A stretch of 64,000 nt of DNA, taken from positions 4,544,001 through 4,608,000 of the forward strand of contig OZ245817.1 in assembly GCA_965228475.1 (NCBI GenBank). Direction: 5' to 3'. This DNA comes from Myxococcota bacterium (GTDB lineage Bacteria; Myxococcota_A; UBA9160; JAFDDA01). A program made the position numbers and the translations under genes. Under the pieces are notes generated by a model. That model was not told the origin of the DNA, did no database searches, and worked only from the letters and a program-made list of their open reading frames with translations. Below, piece after piece: positions 8,377 through 17,995 of the stretch; position 1 is the first letter of the stretch, and each line of letters begins with the position of its first letter.

Positions 8377-9923
8377 GGATCCTCTCCTTCCCTCCCCTTC
8401 GGCGGCGGCGCCGGACGCACTGCGTCCGGGTCCCGCACGGCGGCGGCGAGCTCCGCGTAGCTGCGCCCGAGCCGCGGATGCAGGCGGTCCCCCGCCAGCT
8501 CGGCCAGCGGCTCGAGGACGAACGGCCGCTCGTGCAGACGCGGATGCGGCAGCTCGAGGGACGCCTCCGCGAGAATGCGCCCTCCGTGATCGAGCAGGTC
8601 GACGTCGAGCGTCCTCGCCGCATTGCGGTCCGGGCCCCGCTCGCGGCCCCGCTCGCGCTCGATCGCGAGGGCACGCGCGAGCAGCTGCGCCGGTTCGAGG
8701 CTGGTCCGGACGTGGACGGCGGCGTTCAGGTAGGGCTCCTGCGGCGGCGGACCGACCGGATCCGTCTCGTACAGATGCGAGCACGCCACCACTTCGATGC
8801 CCGGGGTCGCCTCGAGGGCGCGCACCGCCGCAGCCAGGTGCGCGCGGCGATTCCCGAGGTTGCTGCCGAGCGCGAGGAAGGCCTCGGAGGCCGCGTCGCC
8901 GAAGGCCCCATGGACCGGCGCGCCGGTCGCCGTGGCGCGGGTGAAGGGCACGACCCCGGCGAGCTCCGCTTCGCGAACGGCGCACGCGGGCATCGCGCAG
9001 CGGCTGCACATCACCGCGCGGCACGGGTCGAAGTGGACGATCCCTTCGCTCGCGCGCCCCGCCGCCTCGCGAACCGCCCACTGCACGCGGGCATCGATGC
9101 CGTGCAGCCGCTCGGCGTCGAAGTAGCGCGGGACGGTCAGGTGCAGATCCGTGTGGACGAAGTCTCCCGAGCGCCACGCCCGGAGCGAGTGCACGTCGAT
9201 CCAGCTCGGCTCGCGCGCGTCGTCCAGGGCGGCGACGATCCCGTCGAGCAGCGGGTCGTCGGCCTCGTCCATCAAGCCACCGATCGCCTCGCGCACCAGC
9301 GCGTAGCCCGTTGCGAAGACGTGGGCCGCAACGCACAGGGCGACGACCGGGTCGAGCCACAGCCAGCCCGTGACCCACACGGCGAGCAGGCCGCCGATCA
9401 CGCCCGCGCTCGTGTAGACGTCGGCGAGTACGTGCTTGCCGTCGGCTTCGAGCGCGAGGGAGCCCGTGCGGCGGCCGGTGCGCACGAGGTGCCATCCGAG
9501 CGCGCCGTTCGCGATGGCTGCCAGCGAGAGCAGTGCGAGGCCGGTGTCGAGCCTCGCCACCTCCGGGCCCGCCAGGAGTTCGCCCAGGGCTTCCCAGAGG
9601 ATCGCCGCGCCGGCGACGGCCACGAGCGCACCCTCAACGCCCGCCGAGAAGAACTCGACCTTGCCGTGGCCGTAGGGGTGATTCGGGTCCGGCGGCCGCG
9701 CCGCCACGCGCAGGCTGAAGAGGAGCATCCCCGCCGCGGCGACGTTCACGAGGGATTCGACGGCGTCCGAGAAGACGGCGGCCGAACCGGTGATGCCCGT
9801 GGCGACGAACTTCGCGCCGCAGATGGCGATGCCGGCGAACAGGGCCAACCGGCCCGCCGCGAGCCGCTCTGCATCCCGCCCGCCCGTGGCTTCGCCCTCG
9901 CCGGGCTCCTTCCGCGACCTCAT
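8358..9923 (-). CDS. folK: Cation diffusion facilitator fused to C-terminal FolK (HPPK)
   Basis: CDF motifs HPYGHGKVE and ALEADGKHVLAD; FolK motifs FLALGSNLG, YETDPVG, YLNAA, RNAARTLDVDLL, LPHPRLHERPFVLEPL in one uninterrupted frame. Confidence 0.88.
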   Translation of the reverse strand: MRSRKEPGEGEATGGRDAERLAAGRLALFAGIAICGAKFVATGITGSAAVFSDAVESLVNVAAAGMLLFSLRVAARPPDPNHPYGHGKVEFFSAGVEGALVAVAGAAILWEALGELLAGPEVARLDTGLALLSLAAIANGALGWHLVRTGRRTGSLALEADGKHVLADVYTSAGVIGGLLAVWVTGWLWLDPVVALCVAAHVFATGYALVREAIGGLMDEADDPLLDGIVAALDDAREPSWIDVHSLRAWRSGDFVHTDLHLTVPRYFDAERLHGIDARVQWAVREAAGRASEGIVHFDPCRAVMCSRCAMPACAVREAELAGVVPFTRATATGAPVHGAFGDAASEAFLALGSNLGNRRAHLAAAVRALEATPGIEVVACSHLYETDPVGPPPQEPYLNAAVHVRTSLEPAQLLARALAIERERGRERGPDRNAARTLDVDLLDHGGRILAEASLELPHPRLHERPFVLEPLAELAGDRLHPRLGRSYAELAAAVRDPDAVRPAPPPKGREGEDPWPSWQ

Positions 9924-9945
9924 CGCGTGAAGCTACTATCCGGCG
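9924..9945. promoter_or_regulatory. Overlapping divergent -10 elements driving two leaderless genes
   Basis: TACTAT (+, 9934-9939) is 6 nt before GTG 9946; TAGCTT (-, 9935-9930) is 6 nt before ATG 9923; neither gene has a Shine-Dalgarno. Confidence 0.55.
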
Positions 9946-11220
9946 GTGTCCGACGTCACCCTGCTCCCCGAGATCGTGACCGGCATCCCCGGCCCCCGCT
10001 CGCGCGAACTCGCGAAGCGACTCGCGGCGGTGGAGAGCCGGAACGTCACGTGCCTCACGCCCGGCGCGCCGATCTTCTGGGAGCGGGCCTCCGGCGCGAA
10101 CGTCGTGGACGTCGACGGAAACCGCTTCGTGGATCTCGGCGGCGGCTTCGGCGTGGCGAACGTCGGCCACGGACACCCGCGCGTCGCCGGGGCCGTGGCG
10201 CGGCAGGCCGAGACGCTTCTTCACGGCATGGGCGACGTCCACCCTTCCGCCGTGAAGGTGGATCTGCTCGAGGCCCTCACCGCGCGCTTCCCGGGCGGCG
10301 AACCCGCCCGCGCCGTGCTCACGAGCTCCGGCTCCGACGCCGTCGAGACCGCGTTGAAGACGGCGCTGCTCGCGACGGGGAACCCGGGCGTCGTGGCCTT
10401 CGACGGCGGCTACCACGGCCTCTCGCTCGGCGCCCTCGACGCGACCGCGCGCGAGGACTTCCGCGCCCCGTTCATCGACCGGCTGCCGGGTGCCACGGTC
10501 TTCGCCCGCTACGGAGACGCCGACGACGCCGCGCGAGCCGCCCGCGCGGCCGGCGTCGCGATCGGAGCCGTGCTGGTCGAACCGGTCCAGGGCCGGGGCG
10601 GCGAGCGCGTTCCCCCCGAAGGATTCCTGCGCGCCCTGCGCGCGCTCTGCGACCAGAACGGTTGGCTCCTCATCGTCGACGAGGTCTACACCGGCTTCGG
10701 CCGGACCGGACGCTGGTTCGCCTGCGAGCACGAAGACGTCGTGCCGGACCTCCTCTGCCTCGGCAAGGGCCTCGCTTCGGGCATGCCGCTCTCGGCCTGC
10801 ATGGGCCCGGCCCGCGTGATGGACGCCTGGCCCCTTTCCGAAGGCGAAGCGCTCCACACCCAGACCTACCTCGGGCACCCGCCGGGCTGCGCCGCCGCCC
10901 TCGCATCGCTCGCGGTGCTCGAGGAAGAGCGCCTCGTCGAGCGCTCGGCGCGGCTCGGGGCGGAGGCGCTCGCGGCACTCGAACGCGACACCCGCGGTGT
11001 CTCGAACGTGCACGAGGTCCGCGGCCTCGGGCTGATGATCGGCATCGAGTGTGCTTCGCCGGAAGTGGCGCTGGCGGCGGTCACGCGCTGCCTCGAGGCC
11101 GGCGTGATCCTCCTGCCCTCGGGCGAGGACGGCCGGGTGCTCTCCATCACGCCGCCGCTCTCGATCGGCGAGGAGGCGCTCCGCTTCGCGCTCGGCGTGC
11201 TGGTCGGGAGCCTCTCGTGA
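9946..11220 (+). CDS. Class-III PLP-dependent aminotransferase
   Basis: DVDGNRFVDLGGGFGVANVGHGHP, SGSDAVETALK, GGYHG, VEPVQGRGG, DEVYTGFGRTG, DLLCLGKGL, VRGLGLMIG. Confidence 0.93.
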   Translation: MSDVTLLPEIVTGIPGPRSRELAKRLAAVESRNVTCLTPGAPIFWERASGANVVDVDGNRFVDLGGGFGVANVGHGHPRVAGAVARQAETLLHGMGDVHPSAVKVDLLEALTARFPGGEPARAVLTSSGSDAVETALKTALLATGNPGVVAFDGGYHGLSLGALDATAREDFRAPFIDRLPGATVFARYGDADDAARAARAAGVAIGAVLVEPVQGRGGERVPPEGFLRALRALCDQNGWLLIVDEVYTGFGRTGRWFACEHEDVVPDLLCLGKGLASGMPLSACMGPARVMDAWPLSEGEALHTQTYLGHPPGCAAALASLAVLEEERLVERSARLGAEALAALERDTRGVSNVHEVRGLGLMIGIECASPEVALAAVTRCLEAGVILLPSGEDGRVLSITPPLSIGEEALRFALGVLVGSLS

Positions 11221-12347
11221 ACGGCGACCCGGCACGCCGCGCGATCGACTCCGCGATCTGTGCGTGGATGCGGGAGCCCGGCGCCCTCGACGCCTCCGCC
11301 GAAGCGACCGAAGCCCGCTTCGAGGCGCTCGCCCTCGAACTCTTCGCCTTCCAGTACGCGCACTGCGAACCCTACCGGCGCTTCTGCGACGGCCGGAAGC
11401 GAACGCCCGAGAGCGTCCGTGGCTGGCGCCAGATTCCGCCGGTCCCGACCGGCGCCTTCAAGGAGATGGCGCTGCGCTCCTTCCCGGCAGCGCGGGAGCG
11501 GCACGTCTTCCGGACGAGCGGAACCAGCACCGAGGCGCGCGGCACGCTGCACCTCGACACGCTCGAACTCTACGAGGCCTCCCTGCTCGCGAGCTTCCGG
11601 GCGGGCCTCCTTCCGGATCTCGAGAGCCGGGCGATCGCCCTCCCCGTCCTCGCCCCGAGCGCCGAAGCCGCGCCGGATTCCTCGCTCTCCCACATGTTCG
11701 CGACGGTCCTGCGCGAGCTGCCCCTGGCCGGCGGCGGCTTCTTCCTTCCCGAGGGAGACGGGGCGGACGGGTCGAGCTGGGATGCCCCGCTCGCGCGCCT
11801 CCGCGGATTCGCGGAGGGCGGCGACGCGGTCGCGCTCTGCGGTACGGCCTTCGCCTTCGTCCACGCGACCGACGCCCTCGCCGAGCGCGGCGAAGCGATC
11901 CCCCTCCCGGACGGCTCTCGCGTGATGGAAACCGGCGGCTTCAAGGGCCGCTCGCGGGAGGTCCCGCGCGAGGAACTCCACGCCTCGATCACGCGGGCGT
12001 TCGGCGTCCCCGGCGAGCGGATCGTGAACCAGTACGGCATGACCGAGCTCGGCAGCCAGTTCTACGATTCCGTCCTGCGCCGGCCCGGCGAGCCCCGCCG
12101 CAAGCTCGCCCCCCCGTGGACGCGCGTGCGTCTCGTCGACCCGGCGACGGGCGAGGACGCCCCTGACGGCGCGCCCGGGGCGATCGTGCTCTACGACCTC
12201 GCGAACACGGGAAGCGTCTTCGCCCTGCAGACCGCGGACCTCGGCCGGAGCGTCGACGACGGCTTCGAGGTGATCGGACGAGAGCCAGGCGCCGAAGCGC
12301 GCGGCTGTTCCATCGCCGCGGATGCGATGCTCGCCGGCGCGCGATGA
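11217..12347 (+). CDS. LuxE-like acyl-protein synthetase
   Basis: GTGA overlap with the upstream gene; IPPVPTGAFK, FRTSGTS, METGGFKGR, NQYGMTEL, DLANTGS, TADLG, IGREPGAEARGCS (acyl-accepting Cys). Confidence 0.88.
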   Translation: MNGDPARRAIDSAICAWMREPGALDASAEATEARFEALALELFAFQYAHCEPYRRFCDGRKRTPESVRGWRQIPPVPTGAFKEMALRSFPAARERHVFRTSGTSTEARGTLHLDTLELYEASLLASFRAGLLPDLESRAIALPVLAPSAEAAPDSSLSHMFATVLRELPLAGGGFFLPEGDGADGSSWDAPLARLRGFAEGGDAVALCGTAFAFVHATDALAERGEAIPLPDGSRVMETGGFKGRSREVPREELHASITRAFGVPGERIVNQYGMTELGSQFYDSVLRRPGEPRRKLAPPWTRVRLVDPATGEDAPDGAPGAIVLYDLANTGSVFALQTADLGRSVDDGFEVIGREPGAEARGCSIAADAMLAGAR

Positions 12348-13537
12348 TCGCGAACCTGAGAGCGACGGGCGCCGCCCTCGGCGCCCTCACCCCCGAGGAG
12401 GTCACCGCCGGCCTCGGCCGGTTGCTCGACGCGTGGTCGCGCCCGGACTCGGCGGAGCGGAGGGAGCTCGCCGGCGCGCTGCCCGATACGTCGGGCCTTT
12501 CTTCGGCGACCGTCGCCGCCGGCCTCGACCGCGCGCTCGCGGGCTGGAACGCGGCCGCGCTCGAGCGCCTCGTCGAAGCGGAACTCGGGCAGCTGCCGAG
12601 CGAGCCGCTCCCGGGCATCACCACCGTCGTGCACGGCGGCGTGATCCCGATGCCCGCCCTCGTCGATCTCCTCGCACCGCTCCTGCTACGCGGTGCCGTC
12701 CTCGCGCGCCCGGGTCGGCACGATCCAATCACGCCCAGCCTCTTCCGGCGCAGCCTCGAAACCCACGCGCCCGCCCTCGCCGGGGCCATCGGCGTCGCGA
12801 GCTTCGGCCGGGAAGACGAAGGCGCCTGGCGGGAAGCTCTCTCGGCGGAGCGGGTCTGCATCACCGGCGGCGACGCGGCGGTCGCGGCGGTGAGGGAGAA
12901 GCTCGGCCCCGGGACGCGGCTCGTCGCCCACGGCGACAAGTTCTCCCTCGCCGTGCTCGGCCCCGACGCCGCGGACCTCGAGGCCGCCGCCCGCGCCCTC
13001 GCCGAAGACGTCGCGCTCTGGGACCAGCTTGGGTGCCTCTCGCCGGTCGCCTGCTGGGTGATCGGCGCGCCGGACCGGAGCCAGGCCTTCGCAGCCTGCC
13101 TCTCCGCCGCCCTCGGCGGACGCGAACGCGCATGGCCCCGCGGTGCGGTCGACCCCGCCTCCCGCGCGGCCATCGCCCACGAACGCGCGGAAGCGGAGAT
13201 GCGCGCCGCCGCGGGCCGCGCCGTCGCCCTCCACGCCGAGGACGCCTTCACCGTCGTCGCCGAAGCGGACGCCGCCCCGCGCCCGGCGCCCCTGCACCGC
13301 TTCGTGCGTGTGCACCCGAGCGCAACCCTCGCCGAGACGCAGGAAGCACTCGCGCCCCTTGCGGACCGCGTCGCCGGAATCGCACAGCTGGGGTTCGGCG
13401 ACCCTGAGCAGTTCGAGCAGTTCGCCGCCGCGCTCGGCGCCACGTGGACGGCGCCCTTCGGCCGCCTCCAGGCCCCGCCGCTCCACTGGGCCCGCGACGG
13501 CCTCGGCCCCCTGCGCGCGCTCCTGACGGACCGCTAG
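12344..13537 (+). CDS. LuxC-like acyl-CoA/acyl-protein reductase
   Basis: ATGA overlap; TGGDAAV, AHGDKFSLAV, DVALWDQLGCLSP (catalytic Cys motif), FGRLQAPPLHWARDG. Confidence 0.85.
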   Translation: MIANLRATGAALGALTPEEVTAGLGRLLDAWSRPDSAERRELAGALPDTSGLSSATVAAGLDRALAGWNAAALERLVEAELGQLPSEPLPGITTVVHGGVIPMPALVDLLAPLLLRGAVLARPGRHDPITPSLFRRSLETHAPALAGAIGVASFGREDEGAWREALSAERVCITGGDAAVAAVREKLGPGTRLVAHGDKFSLAVLGPDAADLEAAARALAEDVALWDQLGCLSPVACWVIGAPDRSQAFAACLSAALGGRERAWPRGAVDPASRAAIAHERAEAEMRAAAGRAVALHAEDAFTVVAEADAAPRPAPLHRFVRVHPSATLAETQEALAPLADRVAGIAQLGFGDPEQFEQFAAALGATWTAPFGRLQAPPLHWARDGLGPLRALLTDR

Positions 13538-13551
13538 CGGAGCCTCGGCGC

Positions 13552-14349
13552 CTACTCCGGGTCTTGGAAGTTCGGCGTGCGCTTGGCGAAGTTCGCCTGG
13601 ACGGCCTCGATCTGATTGGGCGACCCGAGCAGGCCGCGCTGGGCCTTTTCCTCGAGCAGCAGGCCGTCTTCCGTCGTGGCGCGGACGGACTGGTCGAGCA
13701 GCGCCTTGCCGGCGCGAATGGCATCGGGCGACTTGCTCGCGATCTCCTTGGCGAGGGTCATGGCCTCGGCGTGGGGATCGTCCGCGGTGCGCGTGGCGAG
13801 GCCGAGCGTCACCGCCTCGGTTCCGGGAACGCGCCGACCCGTGAAGGTCAGCTCCTTCGCCACGTCGAGCGGCACGAGATCCCGCAGGAGCTGGGTCCCC
13901 GCCATGTCCGGGACGAGGCCCCAGCGGATCTCCATGACGGAGAACTGCGCGTCGGGGGCGACGATCCGCAGGTCCGCGCCCATGGCGATCTGGAAACCGC
14001 CGCCGAAGGCGTAGCCGTGGACGGCCGCGATGACCGGGACCGGGATCTCCCGCCAGATCCACGCCGCGCGCTGGGCGATGTTCGCCGGGCTCTCCTCGAC
14101 GCGCTCGAACAGGTTCACGGCGGTCTCGCCGCCCTGGAAACTCGGGAAGTCGAGGCCGGCGCAGAAGGCGCGGCCCTCCCCGGAGAGCACCACGGCGCGG
14201 ACCGAGCGGTCCGCCGCCAGCTCGCGCCCGGTTGCGATCAGGGCCTCGAACATCGCCCCGTCGAGGGCGTTCAGCTTGTCGGTGCGCACCATGCGGACGT
14301 CGGCGACGCCCCCGGAGACCGCGACGGAAACGCGCTGGGAGTCGGACAT
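13552..14349 (-). CDS. Enoyl-CoA hydratase/crotonase family protein
   Basis: KLNALD, RAFCAGLD, PVIAAVHGYAFGGGFQIAMGADLR, EIRWGLVPDM. Confidence 0.93.
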   Translation of the reverse strand: MSDSQRVSVAVSGGVADVRMVRTDKLNALDGAMFEALIATGRELAADRSVRAVVLSGEGRAFCAGLDFPSFQGGETAVNLFERVEESPANIAQRAAWIWREIPVPVIAAVHGYAFGGGFQIAMGADLRIVAPDAQFSVMEIRWGLVPDMAGTQLLRDLVPLDVAKELTFTGRRVPGTEAVTLGLATRTADDPHAEAMTLAKEIASKSPDAIRAGKALLDQSVRATTEDGLLLEEKAQRGLLGSPNQIEAVQANFAKRTPNFQDPE

Positions 14350-14378
14350 CGGAACCTCCGCTTTCGGTGGAGCTGGCT

Positions 14379-15020
14379 CTAGTCTTCCTGGCCGGGGTAG
14401 GCGAGCAGCGCCAGGTGGCGCGCGCGCTTGATCGCCAGGCAGACTTCGCGCTGCTGCTTCGCGGTGTTACCCGAGATGCGGCGCGGGACGATCTTGCCCG
14501 TCTCCGTCAGGAAGTAACGCAGGGTCTTCGGGTCGCGGTAGTCGACCTCGAGCGTCTGGTCCGTCGTGAGACGGGAAACCTTGCCGCGAACGACCGCCTG
14601 ACCCGAGCGCGCCTTCTGCTTCTGCAGGCGCCGGGCCTTCTTGCGGGCCTTGGCGCGCAGCCGGCCCTTGACCGTCTGGGGTGCGCGGGGCCGATCGCCG
14701 CGGTCGCCCGGACGTCCACGTCCGCCGCCGCGCGGGCCGTCGCCGCGGAAGCCGCCGCCGCCGCCGCCGGGACCGTCGCTGCGGAAACCACCGGGGCCGT
14801 CGCCGCCGCCGCGCGGGCCGCTCGGGGGTCCATCGCCACCGCCGCGGGGGCCACTCGGGGGGCCGTCACCGCCGCCACGCGGGCCGCTCGGGGGCCCGTC
14901 GCCGCCACCGCGGGGGCCGCTCGGAGGTCCACCGGCCGGACCGCTCGGCGGACCGCCAGCGCCGCGCGGGCCTGCGGGGGGAGTGGGGCGCGATTCGTCG
15001 CCGGAGTTCTCTTCGGACAT
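14379..15020 (-). CDS. rpsR: 30S ribosomal protein S18 with long Gly/Pro/Arg-rich N-terminal extension
   Basis: C-terminal [51 protein letters not shown] 15020 preceded by AGGAG. Confidence 0.92.
   Translation of the reverse strand: MSEENSGDESRPTPPAGPRGAGGPPSGPAGGPPSGPRGGGDGPPSGPRGGGDGPPSGPRGGGDGPPSGPRGGGDGPGGFRSDGPGGGGGGFRGDGPRGGGRGRPGDRGDRPRAPQTVKGRLRAKARKKARRLQKQKARSGQAVVRGKVSRLTTDQTLEVDYRDPKTLRYFLTETGKIVPRRISGNTAKQQREVCLAIKRARHLALLAYPGQED
14799..14930 (-). repeat. Four tandem 33-bp repeats encoding [11 protein letters not shown]
   Basis: Four identical 11-aa units; the DNA copies differ only at synonymous positions. Confidence 0.9.
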
Positions 15021-15196
15021 GGTCGTTCTCCTGCGCCACCCGCCCGCGCGTTGCGCGCGGACCTGGTTTGGGGATGGCGAGCGGCGGCAGGGTAAGGGAG
15101 CCGGACCGCGGGCGCAAAGGGCCGGGAAGGGCCCGGGCACTCGAGGGGCAACACATCGTTTCCAAAAGGCTTTCGCCGAGTGACGCACGCCCCGAC

Positions 15197-15247
15197 ATAG
15201 GGTACTCTGCAGGTCCTGTATGAAGCGGGACCGCCACGGTCCCCTAT
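15197..15247. promoter_or_regulatory. Two tandem 25-bp Rrf2/IscR-like operator candidates upstream of the suf operon
   Basis: ATAGGGTACTCTGCAGGTCCTGTAT (15197-15221) and AAGCGGGACCGCCACGGTCCCCTAT (15223-15247); both have (G/T)AC at positions 7-9, GGTC at 16-19 and a terminal TAT. Confidence 0.55.
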
Positions 15248-15289
15248 CCCAGACGCTCTCTTCCGCGAGAGGCCCCGGAGGCCCGAGCC

Positions 15290-15799
15290 ATGCTCCGCAT
15301 CAGCAAGATCACCGACTACGGCATCGTCTTGCTGACCGAGCTGGCGCGCGCGGAAGCCGGCACGTTGCACGCCGCGCGCGAACTCGCGGAGACCGCGCAG
15401 CTTCCGCTCCCGGTGGCGAGCAAGACGCTGAAGGCGCTCACGCGGCGCGGCCTGCTCGCATCGCACCGCGGCGCCAAGGGCGGCTTCCGGCTCTCGCGCG
15501 CGCCGGAGGAGATCTCCGTCGCCGAAGTGATCGACGCCCTCGAAGGCCCGGTGGCCATGACCGAGTGCAGCGTCGCCGTCGGCGAGTGCCAGCGCGAATC
15601 CATCTGCGGCGTGCGCGAGCCGTGGCAGCAGATCAACTCGGCGATCCTGAGCACGCTCGAGGGCGTGACGCTGCGCGACCTGATCGTCGGACCCCGCTCT
15701 CCGATCCAACTCGAACCTTCGACGCTCGAGCGCAGCGCGGACGAATCGCTCCCGCGCAGCGCCAGCGCATCCGGCCCCACCGAGAGGAACCATGTCTGA
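15290..15799 (+). CDS. Rrf2-family SUF system Fe-S assembly regulator
   Basis: [27 protein letters not shown], three Cys (TECS...GEC...SICG); directly upstream of sufB. Confidence 0.92.
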   Translation: MLRISKITDYGIVLLTELARAEAGTLHAARELAETAQLPLPVASKTLKALTRRGLLASHRGAKGGFRLSRAPEEISVAEVIDALEGPVAMTECSVAVGECQRESICGVREPWQQINSAILSTLEGVTLRDLIVGPRSPIQLEPSTLERSADESLPRSASASGPTERNHV

Positions 15800-17234
15800 A
15801 GCCCTCGAACGCATCACGAAGCAGGAGTACAAGTACGGCTTCGTCACGGACATCGAGCAGGACACCGTCCCGCCCGGTCTCGACGAAGGCGTCATCCGCT
15901 TCATCTCGGCCAAGAAGGAAGAGCCCCAGTGGCTGCTCGACTGGCGGCTCGAGGCCTTCGCGCGCTGGCAGCGCATGGCGGACGAGGAGCCGACCTGGGC
16001 GATGGTCGACTACCCCGAGATCGACTACCAGGCCATCTCCTACTACGCGGCGCCGAAGGAGCAGAAGAAGCTCGAGAGCCTCGACGAGGTCGACCCCGAG
16101 CTGCGCGCCACCTACGACAAGCTCGGCATCTCCCTCGACGAGCAGAAGCGCCTGGCGAACGTCGCCGTCGACGCGGTCTTCGACAGCGTCTCGGTGGCCA
16201 CGACCTTCAAGAAAGAGCTCGAGAAGCACGGCATCGTCTTCTGCTCGTTCTCCGAGGCCGTGAAGAACCACGGCGACCTCGTACGCGAGTACCTGGGCAC
16301 CGTCGTGCCCCAGGGCGACAACTACTTCGCCGCCCTGAACTCCGCCGTCTTCAGCGACGGCTCCTTCGTCTACATCCCGAAGGGCGTGCGCTGCCCGATG
16401 GAGCTCTCGACCTACTTCCGGATCAACGCCGAGAACACCGGACAGTTCGAGCGCACGCTGATCGTGGCGGACGAGGGCTCCTACGTCTCCTACCTGGAAG
16501 GCTGCACGGCACCGCAGCGGGACGAGAACCAGCTCCATGCGGCGGTCGTCGAGCTCGTGGCGCTCGGCGACGCCGAGATCAAGTACTCGACCGTCCAGAA
16601 CTGGTATCCGGGCGACGCGGAAGGTCGCGGCGGGATCTACAACTTCGTGACCAAGCGCGGCGCCTGCCGCGGCGCGCGCTCGAAGATCTCCTGGACCCAG
16701 GTGGAGACCGGCTCGGCCATCACCTGGAAGTACCCGAGCTGCATCCTCCAGGGCGACGATTCGGTCGGCGAGTTCTACTCCGTGGCGCTCACGAACAACC
16801 GCCAGCAGGCCGACACCGGCACGAAGATGATCCACATCGGCCGCAACACGAAGAGCACGATCATCTCGAAGGGCATCTCCGCCGGACGCGGGCAGAACAC
16901 CTACCGCGGCCTGGTGAAGATCAGCCCCAAGGCCGCGGGGGCACGCAACTATTCGCAGTGCGATTCGCTGCTCCTCGGCGACCAGTGCGGCGCGCACACC
17001 TTCCCCTATCTCGAGGTGAAGAACGACGCCGCCACCGTCGAGCACGAGGCCACGACCTCGCGCATCGGGGAAGACCAGCTCTTCTACTGCCGCCAGCGCG
17101 GCATCTCGGAAGAGGATGCGATCTCGATGATCGTGAACGGGTTCTGCAAGGAAGTCCTGCGCGAGCTCCCCATGGAGTTCGCCGTCGAAGCCCAGAACCT
17201 CCTGGGCGTCAGCCTGGAAGGATCGGTGGGTTAG
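15792..17234 (+). CDS. sufB: Fe-S cluster assembly protein SufB
   Basis: [49 protein letters not shown]. Confidence 0.97.
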   Translation: MSEALERITKQEYKYGFVTDIEQDTVPPGLDEGVIRFISAKKEEPQWLLDWRLEAFARWQRMADEEPTWAMVDYPEIDYQAISYYAAPKEQKKLESLDEVDPELRATYDKLGISLDEQKRLANVAVDAVFDSVSVATTFKKELEKHGIVFCSFSEAVKNHGDLVREYLGTVVPQGDNYFAALNSAVFSDGSFVYIPKGVRCPMELSTYFRINAENTGQFERTLIVADEGSYVSYLEGCTAPQRDENQLHAAVVELVALGDAEIKYSTVQNWYPGDAEGRGGIYNFVTKRGACRGARSKISWTQVETGSAITWKYPSCILQGDDSVGEFYSVALTNNRQQADTGTKMIHIGRNTKSTIISKGISAGRGQNTYRGLVKISPKAAGARNYSQCDSLLLGDQCGAHTFPYLEVKNDAATVEHEATTSRIGEDQLFYCRQRGISEEDAISMIVNGFCKEVLRELPMEFAVEAQNLLGVSLEGSVG

Positions 17235-17245
17235 TGGGAGACGCG

Positions 17246-17991
<746 letters not shown>

Positions 17992-17995
<4 letters not shown>

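Noticed and set aside
8478..12347. 1289-aa ORF suggesting a giant LuxE fusion
   Set aside because: Only the last 376 aa are LuxE-like; the upstream part is a shadow frame overlapping the real CDF-FolK and aminotransferase genes.
11217..13537. Bioluminescence (lux) operon
   Set aside because: No luxA/luxB/luxD adjacent; the LLM genes in the window are distant and of the F420-reductase type.
14799..14930. 33-bp repeats as a CRISPR array
   Set aside because: Contiguous, spacer-less, in-frame coding repeats; no cas genes.
15147..15163. GGCAAC-N5-GTTTCC as a Zur box upstream of the C-minus rpsR
   Set aside because: Only a weak imperfect palindrome; the spacing does not match Zur motifs as I recall them.
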